A DNA stretch of 64,000 nucleotides from an uncultured Gemmatimonadales bacterium. Lineage in GTDB: Bacteria > Gemmatimonadota > Gemmatimonadetes > Longimicrobiales > Longimicrobiaceae. Under the pieces are notes generated by a model. The model was not told the DNA's origin. It ran no database searches and was given only the letters and a program-made list of their open reading frames with translations. Position 1 is the stretch's first letter, and each line of letters begins with the position of its first letter. Below, one piece after another: positions 18,213-25,943 of the stretch. The stretch lies in the NCBI GenBank assembly GCA_963716255.1, contig OY970303.1, forward strand, positions 128,001-192,000, written 5' to 3'. The translations under genes and the position numbers were made by a program.

Positions 18213-18569
18213 TCACCTCCCGGCCAGGAGCGCGTCCAGCCGCTTCGTGGAGAACCCGGCCGTCGCGCGGTCCCCTGCGACCACCACGGGCCGCGTGATG
18301 AAGGTGTACTCCTCCTCCATCAGCCGCAGCATCTCGTCCTCGGACACTTCGCGCTCGTGCAGCCCCATGGCGCGGTACTTCATGGCGCGCCGCGAGAACA
18401 GCTTGTCGGGCCCGCCGACGAGGTCCGCCAGCCGCCGCACCTCGTCGGCCGGGAGGCGGTCGGTCTTGAGGTCGTGGAAGCGGTCGACGGCCACGCCCCT
18501 GCCCTCCAGGTATGCGACGGCCTTCTGGCAGGTGGTGCAGTACGGCAGCCCGTAGACGGTTACGCCCAT
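18213..18569 (-). CDS. ArsC/Spx/MgsR family thioredoxin-fold protein (intact copy)
   Basis: MGVTVYGLPYCTTCQKA (CxxC) and FITRPVV...GFS motifs. Confidence 0.9.
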   Translation of the reverse strand: MGVTVYGLPYCTTCQKAVAYLEGRGVAVDRFHDLKTDRLPADEVRRLADLVGGPDKLFSRRAMKYRAMGLHEREVSEDEMLRLMEEEYTFITRPVVVAGDRATAGFSTKRLDALLAGR

Positions 18570-18639
18570 TGTGTCATCCAGAGGTGAGTGTGTGTGTAGT
18601 TGACGTTCGCCGTTCCGCAGTACCCCCATGGTCCGTTGC

Positions 18640-18757
18640 GGAGGGAGACTCGCCGGCTGTTTGGCGAGGCTCCCTCCGGCGCAGGGAGACCCGGAGGCAG
18701 TTTTCCGGGGCTCCCGGAGCCCGCGTAGGAAACAGGCCGGCAGTTTGGCCTGGTTCC
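18640..18757. repeat. Three tandem REP-like hairpins
   Basis: GGAG-, GCAG- and GTAG-led imperfect hairpins with loops GGCTGTTT or GGCAGTTT (reverse complement AAACWGCC), the same loop as hairpin 2 of the 135-bp repeat. Confidence 0.75.
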
Positions 18758-18845
18758 GGAGCGGCCCCGGCGCGCCCAAAGCAGAAGGCCGCCCCAAACA
18801 ATAGAGCGGCCCCCGATCTTCCAGGTACGAGCTCGCGACAAAAAA

Positions 18846-20099
18846 CTACGCCGCCGAGTGCGCCGTCGCCTGGAACTCCGCGCACAGCGCGTGCACCTCG
18901 TCGTCCGAAAACGTGTGGTCGCAGCGCTTTGCCGCCTCGAACACGTGGCTGCTGAGCCGGTCGTCCGACACGTCGTACCCGTGCTGCACCAGCCAGTAGC
19001 GCACGTTGCTGATGCCGCTCATGTGCGACACCTCGATGCGCTGCCGCAGCCCGAACAGCCCCGCCGGCACCCCCGAGTACACCCGGTCCGCCAGCCAGGC
19101 GTCGCCCTTGGACTCGGCCTTGATGATGGCGGCGGCGTGCACCCCCGTGGCCGTGCGGAAGGCGTCCGACCCGAAGACGGGCCAGTTGTACGGCAGCGGC
19201 ACCTGGCAGGCCTCCGCCACCAGCTCCACGTACTCGCCCAGGCGCGACAGGTCGGGGGCGTGCAGCCCCATCAGCTTGAGGTTCACCAGCAGCAGGTCCA
19301 TCTCGGTGTTGCCGCAGCGCTCGCCCACGCCCAGGCCGGTCGCGTGAACGCGGTGCGCGCCCTCGTCGATGGCGGCCAGCGTGTTGGGGATGGCGAGGCC
19401 GCGGTCCCGGTGCCCGTGCCAGTCGATCTTCACGTCCTCGCCGCTGGGCTCCACGATCTCCTCGCGGACGAAGCGCACCAGCCGGCGCACCCCCTGGGGC
19501 GTGGCGTGGCCCACCGTGTCCGCCAGGCACAGGCGGCGCGCGCCGCAGCGGATGGCCGTGCCGTACAGCGCCCGGAGCGTCTCGGGGTCGGCGCGGGTCG
19601 TGTCCTCGGTGACGTACATCACCGGCAGCCCCTCGCGCACCGCGAAGCTCACCGCCTCCTCGGTCGCGCGGAGCATGCGGTCCAGCGTCCAGTCCTCGGC
19701 GTACTGGCGGATGGGCGAGGAGCCGATGAAGGTGGCCACCTCGATGGGGATCCCCACCCGCTGCGACACCTCCACGATGGGGCGCACGTCGGCGATCACC
19801 GTGCGCGCGGCGCAGTTGGCGGAGATGGGGAGGCGGGCTTCGGCGATCTCGCGCGCCAGCACCTCCACGTCCTGCACGGCGCGCGGGCCGGCGCCCGGGA
19901 GCCCGATGTCCGCCGCCTGGATCCCCAGCCCAGCCATGAGGTGGAGGAGCTGTACCTTGTCCTCGATGCGGGGATCGGTGACGGACGGGGACTGGAGCCC
20001 GTCGCGCAGCGTCTCGTCGTCCAGCTCGACCGTGCGGATACTCGTGGAGTCCTGGCCCGGTGCGGTGTTCCAATCGAAGATCAGGTCGCGCTCGAGCAT
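18846..20099 (-). CDS. LeuA/homocitrate synthase family (DRE-TIM) protein without regulatory domain
   Basis: Motifs DETLRDGLQ, LADTVG, HGHRDRG and GVGERCGN; ATG 20099 after GAGG. Confidence 0.88.
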   Translation of the reverse strand: MLERDLIFDWNTAPGQDSTSIRTVELDDETLRDGLQSPSVTDPRIEDKVQLLHLMAGLGIQAADIGLPGAGPRAVQDVEVLAREIAEARLPISANCAARTVIADVRPIVEVSQRVGIPIEVATFIGSSPIRQYAEDWTLDRMLRATEEAVSFAVREGLPVMYVTEDTTRADPETLRALYGTAIRCGARRLCLADTVGHATPQGVRRLVRFVREEIVEPSGEDVKIDWHGHRDRGLAIPNTLAAIDEGAHRVHATGLGVGERCGNTEMDLLLVNLKLMGLHAPDLSRLGEYVELVAEACQVPLPYNWPVFGSDAFRTATGVHAAAIIKAESKGDAWLADRVYSGVPAGLFGLRQRIEVSHMSGISNVRYWLVQHGYDVSDDRLSSHVFEAAKRCDHTFSDDEVHALCAEFQATAHSAA

Positions 20100-20380
20100 T
20101 CGATCCTCATAGGCTCGTGGAGGCAGGCACGGGCGCGCACCGGAGGCGACACGCAGTGCCGGGAGTGGCCGTGGAGCGGAGGCGGGGATGGGCCCCACGG
20201 GATCGCGCGCCCGTAACATACCATTCCCCCAGCGTTTGTGAAACCCGATACTTGACGACGCGGAACGCACGTTTCCCGCTCCGGGACTTGCCGGGGCGCG
20301 TCTTCCGCGGCCACCTGATTGACAGGCGGCGGGGCCGCGAGCATGATTCCGCACCCCGGAACGTTCCCGAAGCGGAGCCC

Positions 20381-21592
20381 ATGCAGCTGAACGTCCTGCT
20401 CGCCCACCGCGCCGTCGGCCACGCGCGCGCACGCATCCACGAGACCGACGCCGAGACGCTGCGCGAGCAGGTGGAGCTGGTGCGCGTTCCCGCGCCCTCG
20501 TTCGCGGAGGAGGAGCGCGGCGCCCGGGTCCGCGCCCGCTTCGCGGAGCTTGGGCTGGAAGAGGTGCGCACGGACGAGGTGGGCAACGTGCTCGCCGTGC
20601 TCCCGGGCGCCGCCGACCCCGCCGCGCCGCCGGTGGTCCTGTCGGCGCACCTGGACACCGTGTTCCCCGCGGGGACGGATCTCACGCCGCGGCAAGAGGG
20701 CGACCGGGTGTACGCGCCGGGGATCACCGACAACACCCGTGGGCTGGCCGCGATGCTGGCGGTGGCGCGGGTGCTGGCGGAGGCGCGCATCCGCACCGTG
20801 CGCCCGCTGCTTTTCGCCGCCACCGTGGGCGAGGAGGGGATCGGCGACCTGCGGGGGGTGAAGCACCTGTTCCGCGACGGCTCGCCGCTGCGCGCGGCGG
20901 CGGCCTTCCTGTCGCTGGACGGCTCGGGGACCGGCCGCATCGTGCACCGCGCCATCGGCTCGCGGCGGCTGCGGGCCACGGTGCGCGGCCCCGGCGGCCA
21001 TTCCTGGGCCGACCGCGGCGCGCCCAACCCGGTGCAGGCGCTCTCGGCGGCGGTGGTGGCCATCGGCGCGGTGCAGCCGCCCCCGGCGGCGCGCTCGGCG
21101 GTGACGGTGGCGCGCATCGGCGGGGGGACCAGCATCAACTCCATCCCCGCGGAGGCCTGGGCCGAGATCGACCTGCGCAGCGACACGCCGCAGCCGCTGG
21201 CGCGCCTGGAGCTGGAGGTCCGCGCGGCGGTGCAGTCCGCGGTGGACGCCGAGAACCGCGCCCGCGGCCGCGCCCGCCGCGCCCCCCCGCTCGCGGCCGC
21301 CATCGAGACCATCGGCGACCGCCCCTCCGGCCAGACCGACCCCGACTCCGCCCTGGTGCGCGCGGCCGTCGACGTGACCCGCGCCCTGGGCGACCCCCCG
21401 GAGCTCGCCGCTTCCTCCACCGACGCCAACGTCGCCATCTCCCTGGGGATCCCCGCCGTCACCATCGGCGCCGGCGGCGAATCGGGCGGCGTGCACACGC
21501 TGGGCGAGTGGTACTCCAACCGCGGCGGCGCGCGAGGCATCGAGCGCGCCCTCCTGATCGCCCTCGCCGTGGCCGGCGTGGCGGACGACTAG
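20381..21592 (+). CDS. M20/M25/M40 family metallohydrolase
   Basis: Motifs SAHLDTVF, GITDN, GEEG, GGHSW, STDAN and VHTLGE. Confidence 0.9.
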   Translation: MQLNVLLAHRAVGHARARIHETDAETLREQVELVRVPAPSFAEEERGARVRARFAELGLEEVRTDEVGNVLAVLPGAADPAAPPVVLSAHLDTVFPAGTDLTPRQEGDRVYAPGITDNTRGLAAMLAVARVLAEARIRTVRPLLFAATVGEEGIGDLRGVKHLFRDGSPLRAAAAFLSLDGSGTGRIVHRAIGSRRLRATVRGPGGHSWADRGAPNPVQALSAAVVAIGAVQPPPAARSAVTVARIGGGTSINSIPAEAWAEIDLRSDTPQPLARLELEVRAAVQSAVDAENRARGRARRAPPLAAAIETIGDRPSGQTDPDSALVRAAVDVTRALGDPPELAASSTDANVAISLGIPAVTIGAGGESGGVHTLGEWYSNRGGARGIERALLIALAVAGVADD

Positions 21593-21594
21593 GC

Positions 21595-21785
21595 CGACGG
21601 CGGGCCCTCCCCCGGCTCGCTCGAGGCTCGAACCATGAGCCGACCCCTTTCAGCGGCAAGGCGAGATCTCCCCGGGCAACAACTGGAATCGTCCCCGCGA
21701 CTCAGCACCTCGCCGTTCGCCCGGGTCGCCACGGCCGACTTCCCCGAGGACTTTCACCTCCAGGCTCCGCCCATGCCGGGCACAC
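21595..21785 (-). mobile_element. Group IIC intron 5' fragment (domain I remnant); no DV/DVI or RT gene
   Basis: Minus strand reads GTGTGCCCGGCATGGG...GGTGAAAGTCC...CCGTGGCGAC...TTGCCCGGGGAGATCT, starting 6 nt after a 13-bp stem-loop. The 3' extent is uncertain. Confidence 0.75.
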
Positions 21786-21791
21786 AAGCCG

Positions 21792-21822
21792 AGCCCCGGC
21801 AGCGATTTCCGCTGCCGGGGCT
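21792..21822. terminator. 13-bp stem-loop (terminator-like; intron target site)
   Basis: AGCCCCGGCAGCG-ATTTC-CGCTGCCGGGGCT between convergent genes. Confidence 0.7.
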
Positions 21823-21936
21823 TCGTCGTCCTACGCCGGTTGGGAGTACCTCGTGGTAGGTTCACGCCGCGAGGCGATCCAGCGAATCGAGCAGGACGAG
21901 GATGGCCGGGCTGCGGCCCTGCCGGGGGACTACCGG

Positions 21937-23337
21937 TCACTCCCGGCGTGCCAGCGGCGGCGGGCGGTGCAGCCATACCTCGTAGATCTTGTCGCTGGCG
22001 AAGGTGGGGTCGAACTCGCTGGACTGGTCGGCCGTGGCGAAGATCCCGCCGTACATCCACCCCACCCGTACGCTGTCACCCGGCGGCAGCTGGCTGTAGT
22101 CGATCACTTCGTGCGTGCCCGCCACCATGGTCCGGGCCTCGTCGGGCACGAAGGCCGCGTTCGCGCCGCGCCGCCCGGGGAGCCCCTGGCCGGCCGGCTG
22201 CACGACCTCCCGGGTTGAGCCGTCGGCGGCGCGCGCCAGCGTGGTGATCGTCCCCGTCCAGGGCAGGGAATTGTTGATCCCGCCGGGGACCAGGGTCCCG
22301 TTCGCATCGTAGTACCAGCCGCTGATTCCGCCCAGCAGAGTGGTGTACATCGTCTCCGTGCCGGGGTCGTACATCACCACGTGCGCACACTCGTACTGGC
22401 TCATCCGCATGCTGAACGCGGTGTCCAACGCGAACACCGGTGTCCCGCCGCCCGGCGGCACCGTCATGTACATGGGGTTCACCCACGCACCCGAGGTGGG
22501 AGTGAACACGCCGCCGTAGATCGCCAGCCCATGGACGCCGCCGGGCTGCACCGTCGTAACCACGTTCAGGTCGCGCCGGTGCCACTGCGAGTTGGGACCG
22601 CTGCCCGACGGGTCGCCATACGCCTGGTAGTCACGGATCTCGGGCGTGTACGGGGCCGGGAGCGTGAACGTGCGCACCTGCTCGGTATAGATGCCCGTGA
22701 CCCCACCCTTGTAGATCGAGTTGTAGTTGTGCCCCATCACAAGGTAGAAGGTGTCGCCAATCTTCTCGAGCGCGCCGCCCGTCACGCGCATCCGTTCGTC
22801 CGCCCGGGTGGAGATGACGCCGCCAATGCCGCCGAACTCCTGCCGCTTCACGAAGTAGACAAGGGAGGGAAGGGTGATGATGGTGAGGTTCGGATACGTC
22901 TGATAGCACGAAGGCTCGTCGTTGTCACAGGTGCTGCCGTAGCCGCCCACGACGTAGAGAAAGCTGCCGTCCTGGACGTACTGGGTGTTGCTCACCCGCA
23001 GGATCGAGCGGAACTGCGCCGGGAGCGGTGCGCTGTAGGTGCGGCCGGCCGCCATGTCCACTACGTAGATGCTGTCGTTCGCGGTGGAGGTGGGGAAGGT
23101 GCTTTCCCGTGTGCTGGTGCGGTGGAAGCCGTTGCGGCGCCCGCCGATCAGCACCCAGTCGTTGCCGCTCCGCCCCAGGGCGAACGACTGCAGCTTGGGG
23201 GTGCCCGGGGGCGCCGTGATCTCGCGCACGGTGAAGGTGAAGGGGAGCGCGGGGTCCGTCTGCGCGGCCGCGGGGAGCGCCGCCGCCGCGGCCAGCACGG
23301 CGGCCGCCAGCGTGCCGCGGAAGAGGTGGGCGCTCAT
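21937..23337 (-). CDS. Secreted Kelch/beta-propeller-like hypothetical protein
   Basis: Signal peptide MSAHLFRGTLAAAVLAAAAALPAAAQ; repeated hhhGG motifs (VLIGG, YVVGG, AIYGG, LLGG, MYGG); ATGA overlap with the upstream gene. Confidence 0.8.
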   Translation of the reverse strand: MSAHLFRGTLAAAVLAAAAALPAAAQTDPALPFTFTVREITAPPGTPKLQSFALGRSGNDWVLIGGRRNGFHRTSTRESTFPTSTANDSIYVVDMAAGRTYSAPLPAQFRSILRVSNTQYVQDGSFLYVVGGYGSTCDNDEPSCYQTYPNLTIITLPSLVYFVKRQEFGGIGGVISTRADERMRVTGGALEKIGDTFYLVMGHNYNSIYKGGVTGIYTEQVRTFTLPAPYTPEIRDYQAYGDPSGSGPNSQWHRRDLNVVTTVQPGGVHGLAIYGGVFTPTSGAWVNPMYMTVPPGGGTPVFALDTAFSMRMSQYECAHVVMYDPGTETMYTTLLGGISGWYYDANGTLVPGGINNSLPWTGTITTLARAADGSTREVVQPAGQGLPGRRGANAAFVPDEARTMVAGTHEVIDYSQLPPGDSVRVGWMYGGIFATADQSSEFDPTFASDKIYEVWLHRPPPLARRE

Positions 23338-25649
23338 CGGAGATCCTCCGGAGAAGACGGGCCTGCCGGCTGCGGCGGCGCGAGGGTGAGCGAGGTGGTG
23401 TCCAGGCCGATCTGGCCGCCGGGGAAGAACTTGCGCGCCCAGGCGTGCAGCAGCTCGCGGCGCGAGGCCGACAGGTCGCGGGTGCGCGGCATGTACTCGG
23501 CCCGGGGCCACCAGCTGAGCTGCGTGCGCTCGTACAGCCGGCGGGCCATTTCCGGATCGTTCCAGTACTCCGGATCATTCAGCGGGATGCGCTGGTTCAT
23601 GGCCGGGTAGAGGAGGTAGTAGTTGCGCAGCACCTCGTTGTACATGGCCTCGAAGGTCAGGTCCGCGTTCCCCACCGGCGGATCGCTGCCGGGCACGTAG
23701 TAGCGGCTATAGTCCACGTTGTTGGGGAGGATGCGCAGGTTGATCATGGGCGCGAACCCCAGCGGCAGGCCACCGTACGCGAGGGGGGGATACAGCCCGT
23801 CGCCGTCGGTCCCCGCGGCCGTGAGGCGGATGCCGCCGAAGCCCGGAGGCGCCGCCTGCCCCTCCACGGTGAAGGTGTAGAGCCGGTTCCCGTTGGCCCC
23901 CGCGTTCACCACCAGGTCCTGCCCGGGACCGAACCCGGAGGCGATCAGGGCGAGCGGGCCGGGGTCCTGGTTGGGGGTGGTGTCGTACTCCCACACCTTC
24001 ACCGGCGGGCAGTCTTCCGCGGCCAGCTCCGCGCCCTTGCGGAACACGCGGATCCGCGAAGGCACCGGGGTCCCGTCGTCGTCGGTGAAGCGGTCGAGCG
24101 TTCCGCCGCCGGGGAGTTGCTCGCCGAAGATGCAGGCCTGGTCGGAGACGACCAGGTACTCCTGCTCCACCAGCAGCTCCGCGTCGCGCGTGACGCCATC
24201 GGCACCCGTCAGCCGGCCCCACAGCGCGAAGGTGCCGGTGTCCAGCAGCGCCTGGGCATCCGCGGAAAGGCCGGAGATGGGAAAGTCGAAGATCCACCCG
24301 GCCAGGTTTCCTGCCCCCGTATCGGTGTAGTTCACCACCCCCACGTCGTGGCGCGTGGCGCCGTCGCCGATGGTGAGGGCGACGGGGCCGAAGGGCCACT
24401 TGACGCAGGTGGTGGTGACCAGCGGGTCGAAGGCGGTGTCGGTCAACTGGTCGGGGAAGGTGCCCGAGAAATCGGCGGAGACCACCCCGGCCACGCGGTT
24501 CACGGTCACCACCGCGGGGCCCAGCTTGTACTGCGGGTCGGCGGGGTTGGCGTTGCCGGTGGCGCCCGGCGCCGGGATGCTTTCCACGGGCACCAGCATC
24601 CGCCCCGCGGGGCACGAGTCCACCTCGTCGCCGTAGGCCGGGGCGATCGTCCCCACCACCTGGATGTAGTCGGGGTTGCGCCCGTTCACCCGCATCAGCT
24701 CCGCCACCTCCGGCAGCGGCATCCCCGGGGTGGGCTGCCCGCCGGGCGCGCTGGGACCGTTCTCGTACAGCTCCTCCATCTTCCCGAACCACGGGCTGTC
24801 CGGGCTCTCCCGGTCGTCGGAGTACTTGAAGGTGTTGATCACCTGCAGCGGCCGGTACAGGTAGTAGTGGAAGACCACGCCGGTGAGCGGCACGCCGCCG
24901 CGCTCGGAGGGAAAGCGCGCGAGCAGCGGGGTGCCGGGCGGCAGCGCCGAGAGAGGGACGATGCTCTGGAACAGGCACCCCGCGCCGTTGGGCCCGCCCA
25001 GGGTGTAGCTGCGCTGGAAGTTGATGAACCGCGTGACCGCCTTGGTGGGAAGGCCGCTCAGCAGCGCCTGGCCGTCCTTCGCCACGGTCAGGAACTGGGT
25101 CATCACCATGCTGGCGGGCACGTCCTCGGCGTTGATGTCCACCAGGACGCCGGTGCTGCGGCCGGTGTCGTCGGGCCGGTTGTTATACGAGACCAGCGCG
25201 CCGATCACCGGGTCCTGCGCCGGGTCGGTGATGGTCTCCCCTGCCCTGGGCACCACGCTCGCCACAGTCACGTCAAGCATGGTCAGTCCCATGTCGCCGT
25301 AGTAGTTCCATTCGCCGGGGATGTACCACACCGCGGCCCCGTCGGTGCGCCGGGCGTCGCCTCCCTCGGCCTTGTTCACCCCGGGAATCCCGGCCTTGAG
25401 CGCCCGCGCGCGGGTCTCGGCTCGGAACTCGCCGCGGCGCCGCGCCCACGCCACCCACTGGTCGTCCGTCATCCCGTAGGTCATCGGCTGCACGTTGGGC
25501 GAGTCGGCCTGGCGCAGCGGGTACATCTCGTAGCCGGGATAGTCCGGCCCCATCACCGCCGAGAAGCTGTAGTCGTCGTTGTTCCCGGTGCCCACGTCCA
25601 CCAGCAGCAGGCCCTGGAAGTGGAACCGGGGGAAGTCGAAGACGCTCAT
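23334..25649 (-). CDS. VioB/RebD/StaD N-terminal-like protein lacking the ferritin-like C-terminal domain
   Basis: Begins MSVFDFPRFHFQG (VioB begins MSILDFPRIHFRG). Ends with VLRNYYLLYPAM...YMPRTRDLS, resembling VioB YMPSTRELS. Confidence 0.7.
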   Translation of the reverse strand: MSVFDFPRFHFQGLLLVDVGTGNNDDYSFSAVMGPDYPGYEMYPLRQADSPNVQPMTYGMTDDQWVAWARRRGEFRAETRARALKAGIPGVNKAEGGDARRTDGAAVWYIPGEWNYYGDMGLTMLDVTVASVVPRAGETITDPAQDPVIGALVSYNNRPDDTGRSTGVLVDINAEDVPASMVMTQFLTVAKDGQALLSGLPTKAVTRFINFQRSYTLGGPNGAGCLFQSIVPLSALPPGTPLLARFPSERGGVPLTGVVFHYYLYRPLQVINTFKYSDDRESPDSPWFGKMEELYENGPSAPGGQPTPGMPLPEVAELMRVNGRNPDYIQVVGTIAPAYGDEVDSCPAGRMLVPVESIPAPGATGNANPADPQYKLGPAVVTVNRVAGVVSADFSGTFPDQLTDTAFDPLVTTTCVKWPFGPVALTIGDGATRHDVGVVNYTDTGAGNLAGWIFDFPISGLSADAQALLDTGTFALWGRLTGADGVTRDAELLVEQEYLVVSDQACIFGEQLPGGGTLDRFTDDDGTPVPSRIRVFRKGAELAAEDCPPVKVWEYDTTPNQDPGPLALIASGFGPGQDLVVNAGANGNRLYTFTVEGQAAPPGFGGIRLTAAGTDGDGLYPPLAYGGLPLGFAPMINLRILPNNVDYSRYYVPGSDPPVGNADLTFEAMYNEVLRNYYLLYPAMNQRIPLNDPEYWNDPEMARRLYERTQLSWWPRAEYMPRTRDLSASRRELLHAWARKFFPGGQIGLDTTSLTLAPPQPAGPSSPEDLR

Positions 25650-25943
25650 GGTGCACCGAGCCGGGTCCGGAGGAGAGGGAGGGATGCCGGAGGCCGCGAC
25701 CGGCAGCGGGTGCCGTTGCGGCTTCGGGGGGGCACCGCACTTCTTTTCCGAAGCATCTGCTACATGATCGGTACGCCGATCCTTTCCGGCAAGAAAACTT
25801 TTGTCTCGAAATCATCTTCCGGCAGACACTTAGGGGAACTGGCGTTTGAAACACCGCTCTTGATCGGACACTCCTCGGTGCCTATCATCGTCCAGCAGCA
25901 GCTCCATCGTCCATCCCCGTCCCCGTCCCCGCGAGGTTCCCCC

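Larger units (their letters stand above)
7947..18538. mobile_element. Genomic island flanked by ~300-bp direct repeats of an ArsC-family gene; no integrase seen
   Basis: Direct repeats at 7947-8246 and 18229-18538. The interior has less host-like codon usage near 8250-9850 and carries a five-gene conflict-type operon. Confidence 0.7.

Noticed and set aside
18846..20099. Assigning the symbol leuA
   Set aside because: It lacks the regulatory domain and leu neighbours; substrate specificity cannot be determined from sequence.
25744..25826. Repeated TTCCGG-like words in the divergent promoter region
   Set aside because: Too short and irregularly spaced to call an operator.
23445..25943. Apparent 1538-aa TonB receptor with a huge N-terminal extension
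   Set aside because: The extension is the antisense of the VioB-like gene; the signal peptide begins at GTG 25944.
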